A stretch of 64,000 bases of DNA, taken from NCBI GenBank assembly GCA_032718475.1, contig JAUCBJ010002686.1, positions 1 through 64,000 of the forward strand, written 5' to 3'. This document shows positions 1 to 11,109 of the stretch, one piece after another. Below the pieces are notes generated by a model that did no database searches, was not told the DNA's origin, and saw only the letters and a list, made by a program, of their open reading frames with translations. A program made the position numbers and the translations under genes. Each line of letters opens with the position of its first letter. Position 1 is the stretch's first letter. This DNA comes from Nemertoderma westbladi. Lineage: Eukaryota > Animalia > Xenacoelomorpha.

Positions 1-386
1 ACAACAATACATCCATCAGCATATCATCTTATTGGCTGATTCAAAACAATTCATTGGCCTAAAAACTGCTGATGATACTGCAAGATGATCCACATTCGTT
101 ATCTATTCCTAATGTTTGCAAGACTTAATTACATGCTACTGTACGATTGTCTTATCACACGTATAACAACACCATGTCATGGAATTGTGTATTTATCTTG
201 GTACATGGACCCCCCCCCCCCCCCCCCCCCCCCTCCAAAAAAATGACATTGCATGGAATTTGAAATATAGATAGATTTTCCTAACTCCTGCGTGGGAGAG
301 TTAACATATTTATTTTTGCTCTCGTATTTAGTTCATTTTTCTGTTTTATTCATAAAACGTATAGGGATTCTTTGGTACTGATGGAA

Positions 387-733
387 AGCGCTATGGCCAT
401 GCAAGGATTCCAAATTTGAATTTCGTCGTAATATAGCTGAGATACGGGCTTTCAAAAGTACCATGGTTTTGCACCTCCGCGAGACTATTTTACTCTATTT
501 AATAAATACATTATATTCTGGAACATATTGATAGTATGATTAAAGAGGTATTGCATATATGCCTAGTATGGGATAAACAAAATGTTCCAGAATAATATGT
601 TGTATTTATTAAATAGAATAAATAGCCTCGCGCAGTGCAAAACCTATGCAACTTCTGAACGCTTATATCTCAGCTATTCTATGACGAAATTTAGATTGTG
701 TTACACATTTGGAATCCTTACATGACCAGCGTT
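387..733. mobile_element. Imperfect long inverted repeat (foldback/MITE-like)
   Basis: Left arm ~387-526 (gcaaggattccaa...atagctgagata...ttttgcac...ctatttaataaataca...tattctggaacat) is the reverse complement of right arm ~582-733 (atgttccagaata...tgtatttattaaatag...gtgcaaaa...tatctcagctat...ttggaatccttac). Confidence 0.65.
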
Positions 734-1434
734 TAGGTATAACTGCTGCACAACTGGTGCAATATCGACAGAGACACCTTTTTTTAAACGATCGTAGATA
801 AAATTGAGTCCAAAAATTTCATTCCATGTACCAGTACCAGAATAACGACATTGTATTCCTGGACATGGCTACGGTACTCTACAGCAGCATCACCACCCCT
901 AACTACGGTGGCTGATTGAGGCCATACTTACTAACTGTATTTCTACGGTAATACCTCCGCCTATATTTTTCGTTTTTCGAATATACTGTAATTTAGAAAC
1001 GAAATTGCACCATTATTAGCATAGTCAATGCAAACATTTGGTAAGGCCTACTTTGGTAATTACAGTATTATAGGCCATTATTGATACTTTATTGTCTTGG
1101 TTTAATCTGGTTAGTTCGTTTTTTTCTGCACGTTATCAATACTGGAAATTAACATATTATCAAGGGGTGAGGGAAGGAGTGCGACTAATAAGGATATTAA
1201 TTTGCTAACATTATACTACGCTGAATACCCATAGATACTGCCTCGCCAACTCGCTGAATACCAAAGGGGCGAAATAATTTCGTATTTCTAGAGAAGGAAT
1301 TCGGGATGTTACTCCGCGACTCTACAGTTGAAATAAATTATTAATTGTTTTCTAAATGACTGTTCCAACTTTATATGTTAAAATATAAATTATGTTTATC
1401 TCCATTACTATTGTACAGTCTTTGTAAATTGGAA

Positions 1435-2769
1435 ATGGCGCGGGTCGACGTTCAAGGTTTAACAGAAACTGCCAGTTGCTCGTGTAAGTCGTCGCAGAGA
1501 ACGCGCGGTATGTATTACCTGTACCTCATCATTGGATCACTCATCAGCTTATTGATGCTACTTCCATCAATCCAGACATCTCTAATAAACATTTCTATCC
1601 CCGGCTTCAATAAAGTCTGTAAATACATAGGAGATCAATCGAACTGCCCCCTTATCCTCAGTTATACAGCCATCTATAGAGTCTTCTTCGCCATGACTGT
1701 CTTCTTCTCTTTAATGGCGTTTCTAATGGTCGGAGTGAAATCGAATGAAAATATCCGAGGAAAGGTAAACAACGGCTTTTGGGTTTTCAAGCTCATTGCT
1801 CTTATAGTAATTAGTGTTGTTGCTTTTTATCTCCCAAACTTCGACGTTTTCGTCAACATTTGGTTTTATTTCGGTCTCATCGGTGGTTTCTTCTTTATCC
1901 TTGTGCAGCTCATTATATTACTCAATGTAGGACACGTCTGGAAAAAGTTGCTCTTTATAAATAACGACCCAGGTGAATTTGGTCTTGAATATTGCTGTTG
2001 TGTTGTATGTTTTTATAGCTCCTCCATCATCATAATGTTTTACGTTATCGCAGTGACGCTATTCGTAAGTATTTTAATTTATTACGCTAATGAAACCCAT
2101 TGCCTCAAAAACAAGATAATTGCTGTACTTAACTTACTTCTATGCATGGTTATCAGTGTTATTTCTGTCCTGCCGCCATTAAGAAATTATAATCCTCGCG
2201 TTAGTATCATACACTCCTCCATTGTATCTCTATATGTAATGTACTTCACATGGTCTGCTTTCTCCAGTGAACCTCCCACTGAAGATGGTCTCTACTGCGG
2301 ACCCATCGACGGCATCATTAGGATCAACAACGATGAGATTGTTGTAATGGTTGTTGGGCTCATTATCACCTTTATCGCCACCAATGTGTTCGCCCGGGGC
2401 ACCAAGAAGGATCCCGAGGCCTTTGATTGTTCCTGCTCATGCTTCGAGTGCTGCTGGTGTTGTAGAAGTACAGATATAGAAGAGGACAGCGAGGATTGTA
2501 GCTATAATTACTCCATTTACCATGGAATTCTTATGTTGGCTAGCCTCTATCTCATGATGACCATCACAGGATGGTCCTACCTAAGCTCGAAATCTTCGAC
2601 TAGCGGTCGCTGTTGGGCTGCTTTTTGGGTGAAATTAGTCTCATCTTGGTGTTGCATTGCTATCTACATGTGGACGATAATTGCTCCAATGATAAGAAAA
2701 GAGAAAACTAAAAGTGATATTAACACAAAGAAGAGACACTGTAATCTATGCTATACCTATGTATTATGA
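1435..2769 (+). CDS. SERINC: Serine incorporator (SERINC/TMS1) family multi-pass membrane protein, intronless
   Basis: Family motifs: AIYRVFFAMTVFF, MVGVKS...NNGFWVFK, GGFFFILVQL, SSIVSLYVMYFTWSA, YNYSIYH...LASLYLMMTITGW, WVKLVSSW...YMWTIIAP; about 10 hydrophobic segments. ORF opens at 1375; ATG 1435 (GAAATGG) is the more likely start. Confidence 0.92.
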   Translation: MARVDVQGLTETASCSCKSSQRTRGMYYLYLIIGSLISLLMLLPSIQTSLINISIPGFNKVCKYIGDQSNCPLILSYTAIYRVFFAMTVFFSLMAFLMVGVKSNENIRGKVNNGFWVFKLIALIVISVVAFYLPNFDVFVNIWFYFGLIGGFFFILVQLIILLNVGHVWKKLLFINNDPGEFGLEYCCCVVCFYSSSIIIMFYVIAVTLFVSILIYYANETHCLKNKIIAVLNLLLCMVISVISVLPPLRNYNPRVSIIHSSIVSLYVMYFTWSAFSSEPPTEDGLYCGPIDGIIRINNDEIVVMVVGLIITFIATNVFARGTKKDPEAFDCSCSCFECCWCCRSTDIEEDSEDCSYNYSIYHGILMLASLYLMMTITGWSYLSSKSSTSGRCWAAFWVKLVSSWCCIAIYMWTIIAPMIRKEKTKSDINTKKRHCNLCYTYVL

Positions 2770-3114
2770 TTAATCAGAATAAACACATCCCTTAATTAAA
2801 GAAAAAGTATTTAATTTAAAACAATTAATAAATTTAAGAAAGAATATTTAAGTATGAGATAATAAAAAGGCATTATTTCTTGAAAAAGAAATATTAAACA
2901 ATATCATCACACTACTGAGTAGAATATTGCAATAGAGTGTATTGTTAGCATTATATATAGATATACCTATTGTTATTAATTAATTGATATATGTGGACTA
3001 ATAATTGTTGTAAAGGTGTAACATAAAAACCCAAAAAAACTATCTCATTTGCCAAAATGTGGCTCCCGTCTCTTAATTTTAAGGTACACCTAGCGATACC
3101 TTTAGTATTCACTC

Positions 3115-3165
3115 CTTTGTTGTTGGTGTTGTTGTTGTTGTTCGTGTTGTTGATGTTGTTGTTGT
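3115..3165. repeat. (GTT)n microsatellite
   Basis: Imperfect gttgttgtt run. Confidence 0.8.
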
Positions 3166-3204
3166 TAATTTCTAGTTGAGTTTTAGTTTTATAAGGCTTC
3201 ATAC

Positions 3205-3310
3205 GGCGCAGGCGCAGTGGGAAATTTGGTAGAGCGTTAGACTTGAAATCTCGATCAATCCCACCTTCCGGTGAATTTTTTGGTAGTAAGGCATTCAAGT
3301 AATTCACAGT
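3205..3310 (+). mobile_element. Degenerate tRNA-derived SINE head (possible)
   Basis: ggtagagcgttagacttgaaatct resembles a tRNA D-arm and anticodon arm; B box is decayed; no complete cloverleaf. Confidence 0.3.
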
Positions 3311-3944
3311 ACATGCATTAGTAGACGCGGACACATACGCGCTTGTTTGCACAGAAGTCTGGGAGTACACAATGCGCTATTTTAAAATAGGGGCTGGCTA
3401 TCAGAATATAATCTTTTAATGAAAGAACTACTTTTTTGGTGATTTTTCATAGAGGCAGAACAACACATGAAAATTAAAATTTAATCTGATGGTTTTGTTT
3501 TGCCTCATTTGCCCTTAGAACAAAATCCAGGACTTGGGTTTGGGTTGTTTTTACCTCTGACATTTTACAACTTTAATGTTGTGTGGGTTTGTTCTGATTC
3601 TACTGAATTGACCAATGTACGGCTTTAGGATTTTAACATGATGATGTATGCATAACATCATCTTCCGTCTTTGGTGAACAAATTTTTTGAAAAATTGTAG
3701 TACATGTATGTGTTATTCTGGCTCTCCTATATTGTCACACAATGTATTGATATGGTACATATTGTGCTGCTTACTAGTACCAGTACCAATACTGACCAGA
3801 ACCAACAGCGACCGACATCAGGTACTGTAGGCCTAGAATTAGTTATTAAGGACTAGAGTATAGTCTGTATGTCGCTCGAACCTTTAATTAGACTGTAGAT
3901 TGGTTGCTAACTAGTTACATTAGATTACATTCCAGTATAGACAA

Positions 3945-6900
3945 GCTGGTTCTACCACTAGAGCTATATCTACCGCGGGCACCACATGAGCTGTTTCTAC
4001 CGGTAGTACCACATTTGTGCTGGTTCTACCGGTGGCACCATTTGTGCTGGTTCTACAGGGGTACCATATGGGCTGGTTCTACCGCGGGCACCAATTGAGC
4101 TGTTTCTACCGGTAGTACCACATTTGTATGCTGGTTCTACCGGTGGCACCATGTGGGCTGGTTCTACCGCGGGCACCAATTGAGCTGTTTCTACCGGTAG
4201 TACCACATTTGTATGCTGGTTCTACCGGTGGCACCATGTGGGTTGGTTCTACCGCGGGATCCAATTGAACTGTTTCTACCGGTAGTAGCACATTTGTGCT
4301 GGTTCTACAGGGGTACCATATGGGCTGGTACTACAGCGGGCACCACATGAGCTGTTTCTACACTGTGACACCACTTAGGCTGGTTCTACCGCAGGCACCA
4401 CTTAGGCTGGTTCTACCGCAGGCACAATTTGTGCTGGTTCTACCGCGGGCACCACAAAAGCTGTTTCTACCGGTGGCACCATTTGTGCCGGTTCTACAGC
4501 GGCACCACTTTGGCTGGTTCTACCGCGGGCACCACATGAGCTGTTTCTACACTGTGACACCACTTAGGCTGGTTCTACCGCAGGCACCACTTAGGCTGGT
4601 TCTACCGCAGGCACAATTTGTGCTGGTTCTACCGCGGGCACCACAAAAGCTGTTTCTACCGGTGGCACCATTTGTGCCGGTTCTACAGCGGCACCACTTT
4701 GGCTGGTTCTACCGCGGGCACCATTTATGCTCGTTCTACCGGTGGCACCATTTGTGCTGGTTCTACAGGGGCACCACTCGGGCTGGTTCTACCGCGGGCA
4801 CCATTTGTCCTCGTTCTACCGGTGGCACCATTTGTGCCGGTTCTACAAGGGCACCACTTGGGCTGGTTCTACCGCGGGCACCATTTGTGCTCGTTCTATC
4901 GGTGGCACCATTTGTGCCGGTTCTACAGGGGCACCACTTGGGCTGGTTCTACCGCATTCACAATTTGTGCTGGTTCTACCGCGGGCACCACAAAAGCTGT
5001 TTCTACCGGTGGCACCATTTATGTGCCGGTTCTACAGGGGCACCACTTGGGCTGGTTCTACCGCGGGCACCAGTTGTGCTCGTTCTACCGGTGGCACCAA
5101 TTGTGCCGGTTCTACAGAGGCACCACTTGGGCTGGTTCTACCGCGGGCACCATTTGTGCTTGTTCTACCGGTGGCACCATTTGTGCTAGTTCTACAGGGG
5201 CACCACAGGAGCTGTTTCTACCGCGGGCAACATTTATTCTGGTTCTACCGATGGCACCATTTGTGCTGGTTCTACCGGTGGTACCATTTGTGCCGGTTCT
5301 ACAGGTGACACCACTTAGGCTGGTTCTACCAGGGGCACCACTTGAGCTGTTTCTACCGCGGGCACCAGTTGTGCTCGTTCTACCGGTGGCACCATTTTTG
5401 CCGGTTCTACAGGGGCACCACTCGGGCTGATTCTACCATGGGCACCACTAGGGCTGGTTCTACCAGGGGCACCACTTGAGCTGTTTCTACCGCGGGCACA
5501 ATTTGTGCTGGTTCTACTGCGGGCTCCACAATAGCTGTTTCTACCGGTGGCACCATTTGTGCCGGTTCTACAGGGGCACCACTTGGGCTTGTTCTACCGT
5601 GGGCACCACTTGAACTGGTTCTACGACGGGCACCAATTGAACTGGTTTTACCGCGGGCACCACTTGGACTTGTTCTACCGCGGGCACCACATGAGCTGGT
5701 TCTACCGCGGGCACCACTTGTCCCGGTTCTACTGCGGGCATCACAATAGCTGTTTATACCGGTGGCACAATTTGTGCCGGTTCTATAGGGGGCACCACTT
5801 GAGCTGTTTCTACCGCGGACACCATTTGTGCTCGTACTAACGGTGGCACCATTTGTGCTGGTTTCACAGGGGCACCACTCGGGCGGGTTCTACCAGGGAC
5901 ACCATTTGAGCTGTTTCTACCGCGGGCACCATTTGAGCCGGTTCTACAGGCGGCACCACTTGAGCTGGTTCTATCAGGGACACCACAGGAGCTGTTTCTA
6001 CCGCGGGCACCATTTGTTCTGGTTCTACTGCGGGCACCACTTGAACTGGTTCTACCGCGGGCACCACTTGAACTGGTTCTACCGCGGGCACCACTTGTGC
6101 CAGTTCTACAGGGGCACCACAGGAGCTGTTTCTACCGCGGGAACCATTTGTTCTGGTTCTACCCCGGGCACCATTTGTGCTGCTTCTACCGCGGGCACCA
6201 ATTGAGCTGGTTCTACTGCGGGCAGTACTTGAGCTGGTTCAACCGCGGGCACCACATGAACTGGTTCTACCGCTGGCACCATTTGTGCTGGTTCTACCGC
6301 GCGCCTCACTGGGCTGGTTCTACCAGGGGCATCACAAGAGCTGTTTCTACCGCGGGCACCACTTGAACTGGTTCTACCGCGGGCACCACTTGTGCCAGTT
6401 CTACAGGGGCACCACTTGAGCTGGTTCTATCAGGGACACCACTGGAGCTGTTTATACCGCGGGTACCATTTGTTCTGGTTCTACCCCGGGCACCATTTGT
6501 GCTGGTTCTACCGCGGGCACCAATTGAGCTGGTTCTACTGCGGGCAGCACTTGAGCTGGTTCAACCGCGCGCACCACATGAACTGGTTCTACTGCTGGCA
6601 GCACTTGGGCTGATTCTACCGCGGGCCTCACTGGGCTGGTTCTACCGCGGACACCACAGGAGCTTTTCTACCGCAGTCACCATTTGTGCCGGTTCTACAG
6701 GGGCACCACTTGAGCTGGTTCTATCAAGGAAACCACAGGAACTGTTTCTACCGCGGGCACCATTTGTTCTGGTTCTTCAGGGGCACCACTTGAGCTGGTT
6801 CTATCAGGGTCACCACAGGAGCTGTTTCTACCGCGGGCACCACATGAGCTGTTTCTACCGGTAGTACCACATTTGTGCTGGTTCTACCGGTGGCACCATT

Positions 6901-7547
6901 TGTGCTGGTTCTACAGGGGTACCATATGGGCTGGTTCTACCGCGGGCACCAATTGAGCTGTTTCTACCGGTAGTACCATATTTGTGCTGGTTCTACTGGT
7001 GACACCATATTTGCTGGTTCTACCGCGGGCACCATTTGTGTCGGTTCTACAGGGGCACCACTTGAGCTGGTTCTATCAGGGAAACCACAGGAACTGTTTC
7101 TACCGCGTGCACCATTTGTTCTGGTTCTTCAGGGGCACCACTTGAGCTGGTTCTATCAGGGTCACCACATGAGCAGTTTCTACCGCGGGCACCACATGAG
7201 CTGTTTCTACCGGTAGTACCACATTTGTGCTGGTTCTACCGGTGGCACCATTTGTGCTGGTTCTACAGGGGTACCATATGGGCTGGTTCTACCGCGGGCA
7301 CCAATTGAGCTGTTTCTACCGGTAGTACCATATTTGTGCTGGTTCTACTGGTGACACCATATTTGCTGGTTCTACCGCGGGCACCATTTGTGTCGGTTCT
7401 ACAGGGAGCACCACTTGAGCTGTTTCTACCGGTGGCACAAATTGAGCTGTTTCTACGGGTGGCACCATTTGTGCTGGTTCAACCGCGGGCCTCACTGGGC
7501 TGGTTCTACCAGGGGCACCACAGGAGCTGTTTCTGCCGCGGCAGCAC
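3945..7547. repeat. GC-rich ~26-27 bp satellite array (consensus ~CTGGTTCTACCGCGGGCACCATTTGTG)
   Basis: About 3.6 kb of tandem units with GTTCTACC and GGCACCA cores; explains all overlapping repetitive ORFs in 3904-7663. Confidence 0.95.
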
Positions 7548-9157
7548 TTAAACCTCATTGTACCAGGGGACATTGTGTGTTCCTCGGTCTGGCTTATTTT
7601 TTTATCTTCAATCTTGCAGCACTGGCTCCGTGCAGGTAGTAGACCCTGCCATCTTTGACGCAACGCGCAATGCCTTTTTGGCCTTTAATGAAACTTTATG
7701 CTAAGGTTCGATAAAATGAGACAAATTATTCCGTCACAAACAATTTTGTTGCTCAGAATCTTTTACTCTAGAATTCATATTATTGATCAGATATTTTTAG
7801 ATTACTTGCTTCCAATGCGCGGAAAAATTTTTATAATTAAAAGGAAATAATTGTAGAATAAAAGTAGGAAGTAAAAATGTACATGTGGAATGATAAATTA
7901 TGGACTATGGTTTTTGTTAATAGGCACAAGTTGGGAGATTCCCCTAACATTTATAATTTGAATGACAAAGACAGAGAAGGTAGGCCTAGGTACTATCCGG
8001 TCTGCCGACCTCCGCACTGCACTACTTATTAAAAGCTTGATAGCGTGGCACTTAATTTTTACTTTAGTGCACCTACTTTCCATTTTTTGTACTACAGTAA
8101 CTTGTGTTTGCTACCTTTATTAATTAATGGTCTTCCCCAACGGAATCTTGCAATGTTTTGTTCTAGAAAATTATTTCTCTAAGGATAATGCGATAGCTAG
8201 GTACCATTGTTTGGTAGCTAGTGATTCTAAATTTTATCTATTTTCGTGATAGCTAGTGTTTTAGATGGTAGCAGCTAGTGTACTTTTCAACTATATGTTT
8301 TTATATTTCACTGTAAATTTTAATTTCTAGCACAAAAGGCTCTTTTTACTAATAAATAAGCAATTTTACAATGAATGTTTTTGGCATTACTAGCCTATGT
8401 TATGGGTACCCATAACATAGTAATGCCTTAATTTCGTAGTAGTGAGACTCTTTGTGGAGTTGCCTCCAGTAGCCTCTGAGTGTTTGAACCCTAAATTTTG
8501 GGACGAGTTAACGTTTTTCATAAGTTTGAATGGGCTGATTATTATCACCACTCATACTAAATAATAAGTAAAGACAATATAATGACAGTGGCCTAGAAAT
8601 AACGTTTATTTTATCATTAATATAATCCCAATTCAAATACATTATTTGAAATTTTTCTCGAAAAAATAAGACTTTTCGCATTTTTTTTTAAAACACTAAC
8701 TGCCATGAAAAATTAACTTTTAGTGAGTGGAAAATATGTTCCAGAACAACAATAAATAGCTAAAAATAGCTACAAAACATATATTTAAAAAGAAGACGAA
8801 ATGTGACACCGGCTAAACTACAGTACCGGTAGTACCTCCAATCTAAACGTCCTTGCTGTAATACGTTAATTGTTATATATCGGGCATTATTGTTCCCTTT
8901 GTACCGGGTAGCCATTTTCTTTAAAGGTGATACAGTATATTGGTAACTAAGAGGATAAATTTATCAAAAGGGGAAAGTGGACAGACATAAAAAGAGAACT
9001 TAGTTTATTTTTGGTTAGAAACACTATCAAGGTGACTTGCTCCTTTCTTCTAAAAACCCATAGTCGAGTAGAAAACAGGCTGGGGGTGGAAATTTGCCAT
9101 GGTCAATAAAATAAATAAAAACATTTTTTTTTGTAAACATTCCCTAATTAGTGCTGA

Positions 9158-9407
9158 ACCGCAAACCGGACATTACCGAAATTCCTTCCTTCGCATGAAG
9201 TAAAAAAAACACCAACGGAATTATTACGTAAAAAATGTCTCATTACATTCTTGATAATATTTACATTATTAATATTGCTATTATTTTGTATATTAATTCC
9301 CTTAACCATTTCGGTTTCATATGTTGATACTAATATATTTGGATTTCGGGAAGAGGAACCAGAAACAACTACAGTAGAATTAACAACTACAGCGTGCACG
9401 TGTCCAG
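9158..9407 (+). CDS. Exon of mucin-like type II membrane protein (basic juxtamembrane + TM + Thr-rich); start codon not found
   Basis: Open frame ...LLRKKCLITFLIIFTLLILLLFCILIPLTISV...EPETTTVELTTTACTCP; phase-1 donor CCAG|gtgaat at 9408 matches phase-1 acceptor at 13587. Confidence 0.55.
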
Positions 9408-10159
9408 GTGAATGTTATTCATTATTCTATACAGTATACAGTACATATTCTCTTTATTTTTGTTCTCATTTTTTGAAGTCGAATATGTTAATTTACGAGC
9501 GCAGCGAGTTAATTTAGAAAACGAGACACGGGTATTTAAAAACTGAAATTATCGAAATATATTTGATTTCACTTAAAAAATACAATAAAGTAATAAATTA
9601 TAATACTTCACCTTTATAGATGTGTTCAATTAGACTATTGTTATTTTATTTTATAATCGAAATAGACAAAGAAAAGTGTTAATGTGTTCAAAAATTTAAA
9701 CCTGGATAAATTCTTAGACAATTATTTGGAATAACTAAGTTCGTAAACTAGACCTACTGTATGTATCATTCTATTACCTTTTTTATTATCTTTTATTATT
9801 TTTAAATGGCAATTGCAAAGGGAAACTGCTTGATCGCTACTTGGAAGGCTTTGTCTATGTAAAGTGTCAGCTAGCTCATTTATAATCCAACAATAATTAA
9901 AATAATAAAGTCATCCTGAAATAGCAAAAAGTAGGCCTAAAAAAATAATAGAAAAATAAATAAAAAGTTTTATTCGGCCATTAGGGTAGGAATTACGCAC
10001 GAAATCTGACGACTTATCCAGTCTGGCCCCCTCAGAACTATACTCCCAAGAGGAAACCTACTCAATTAGCTACGATGGATGCAAAGCACAGGCAATATGC
10101 AATTTAAGGCAATTTAAAGCAATTTAAATCATTCGTGTCAAAACGAAAACTCCCCTGGT

Positions 10160-10225
10160 CCCCATACGAGGATCGCACCCACGACCTCCAGAGGGACGTG
10201 AAATCAAGGCAACGGATTTAACCAC
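10160..10225 (-). mobile_element. tRNA-like SINE head remnant
   Basis: Reverse strand reads gtggttaaatccgtt...ggaggtcgtgggtgcgatcctc, resembling A box and T-arm/B box. Confidence 0.35.
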
Positions 10226-10789
10226 GTCAAGGTAGACATTATACGCATATTGTCGATATTAAATTAGTTTCGGTATTCAGAGAATTTCCCATATGTAATT
10301 CTCCAACTTATAGGTATGAGCCAAGAGAGAGTTGTCGGTGTTTTGAGTTTCACACGATCACCATTCACATCACTTATTAACCAATCCAATTATTTACTAT
10401 AATAAATTATTAACTATATTACTAACTATTAGCTTAATAAACTAAAATTATAGGTATCCTAGATTCGAGCAAAAATGTTTGTGTTTTTAAGCCTCTTAAA
10501 AGGTACCAACTCCTAAAAGGTACCAACTAAAATGATTTTAAAAATGTCTGTTGACAAATCTTACAAATTATGTTGTAAAAATATTGTATGTTACAAATTT
10601 CTGTTGACCTGGAAACTAAATTATTGGTAACTATGACGAAGCTCATAGCCAGAAAGTTGACTAAAGTTTTTATGCATCAAATTTGGGAAAAACCACACCA
10701 ATAGTTATTTACCTTGTTGCTATGGAAAATCTATGTCGTTTGGGAAAAATCCTGACATTATAAATAATATACATTTATATTTGTTAGGT

Positions 10790-10960
10790 TCCCATTATAC
10801 TGCTGGGTTGGCGTCGGCACTAATGTCTAAAGTGTCTTGCCTAAGGACACAACAACAACAACGGTGTGAAATTTCTACAGCCTTTACTCGGATTTGAACC
10901 TACGCCATCAAACACTATTGTGAAAGCAGCCAGGCGCTGTATCCAATCGGAAATCGGGAC
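10790..10960 (-). mobile_element. tRNA-derived SINE (Meta/CORE-type central domain)
   Basis: cccattatactgctgggt...aagtgtcttgcctaaggacacaac matches the conserved SINE central motif AAGTGTCTTGCCCAAGGACACAAC; reverse strand has B box ggttcaaatcc and A-box-like ccgattggatacagcg. Confidence 0.7.
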
Positions 10961-11109
10961 ATTGAAGTTGAGCCACATTATAGGCTTTGGGCCAGCCGGT
11001 TTAGGCCCTGTTCGTCTGTATGTGAGCCTGACCGTATACGAGTTGGCTTAGTGATTACTATACTGCACTACAGTACCATAGTGATCTACAGCCGTGAGCT
11101 GAATACTGG

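Noticed and set aside
2951-3370. 139-aa minus-strand ORF with poly-Asn
   Set aside because: Driven by a (GTT)n microsatellite and a SINE-like remnant; non-ATG start.
3904-7663. Repetitive ORFs (WFYRGHH, AGSTAGT, VPAVEPAQ) resembling ice-nucleation or His/Cys-rich proteins
   Set aside because: Translations of a 26/27-bp satellite; frames switch constantly and all six frames are similarly open.
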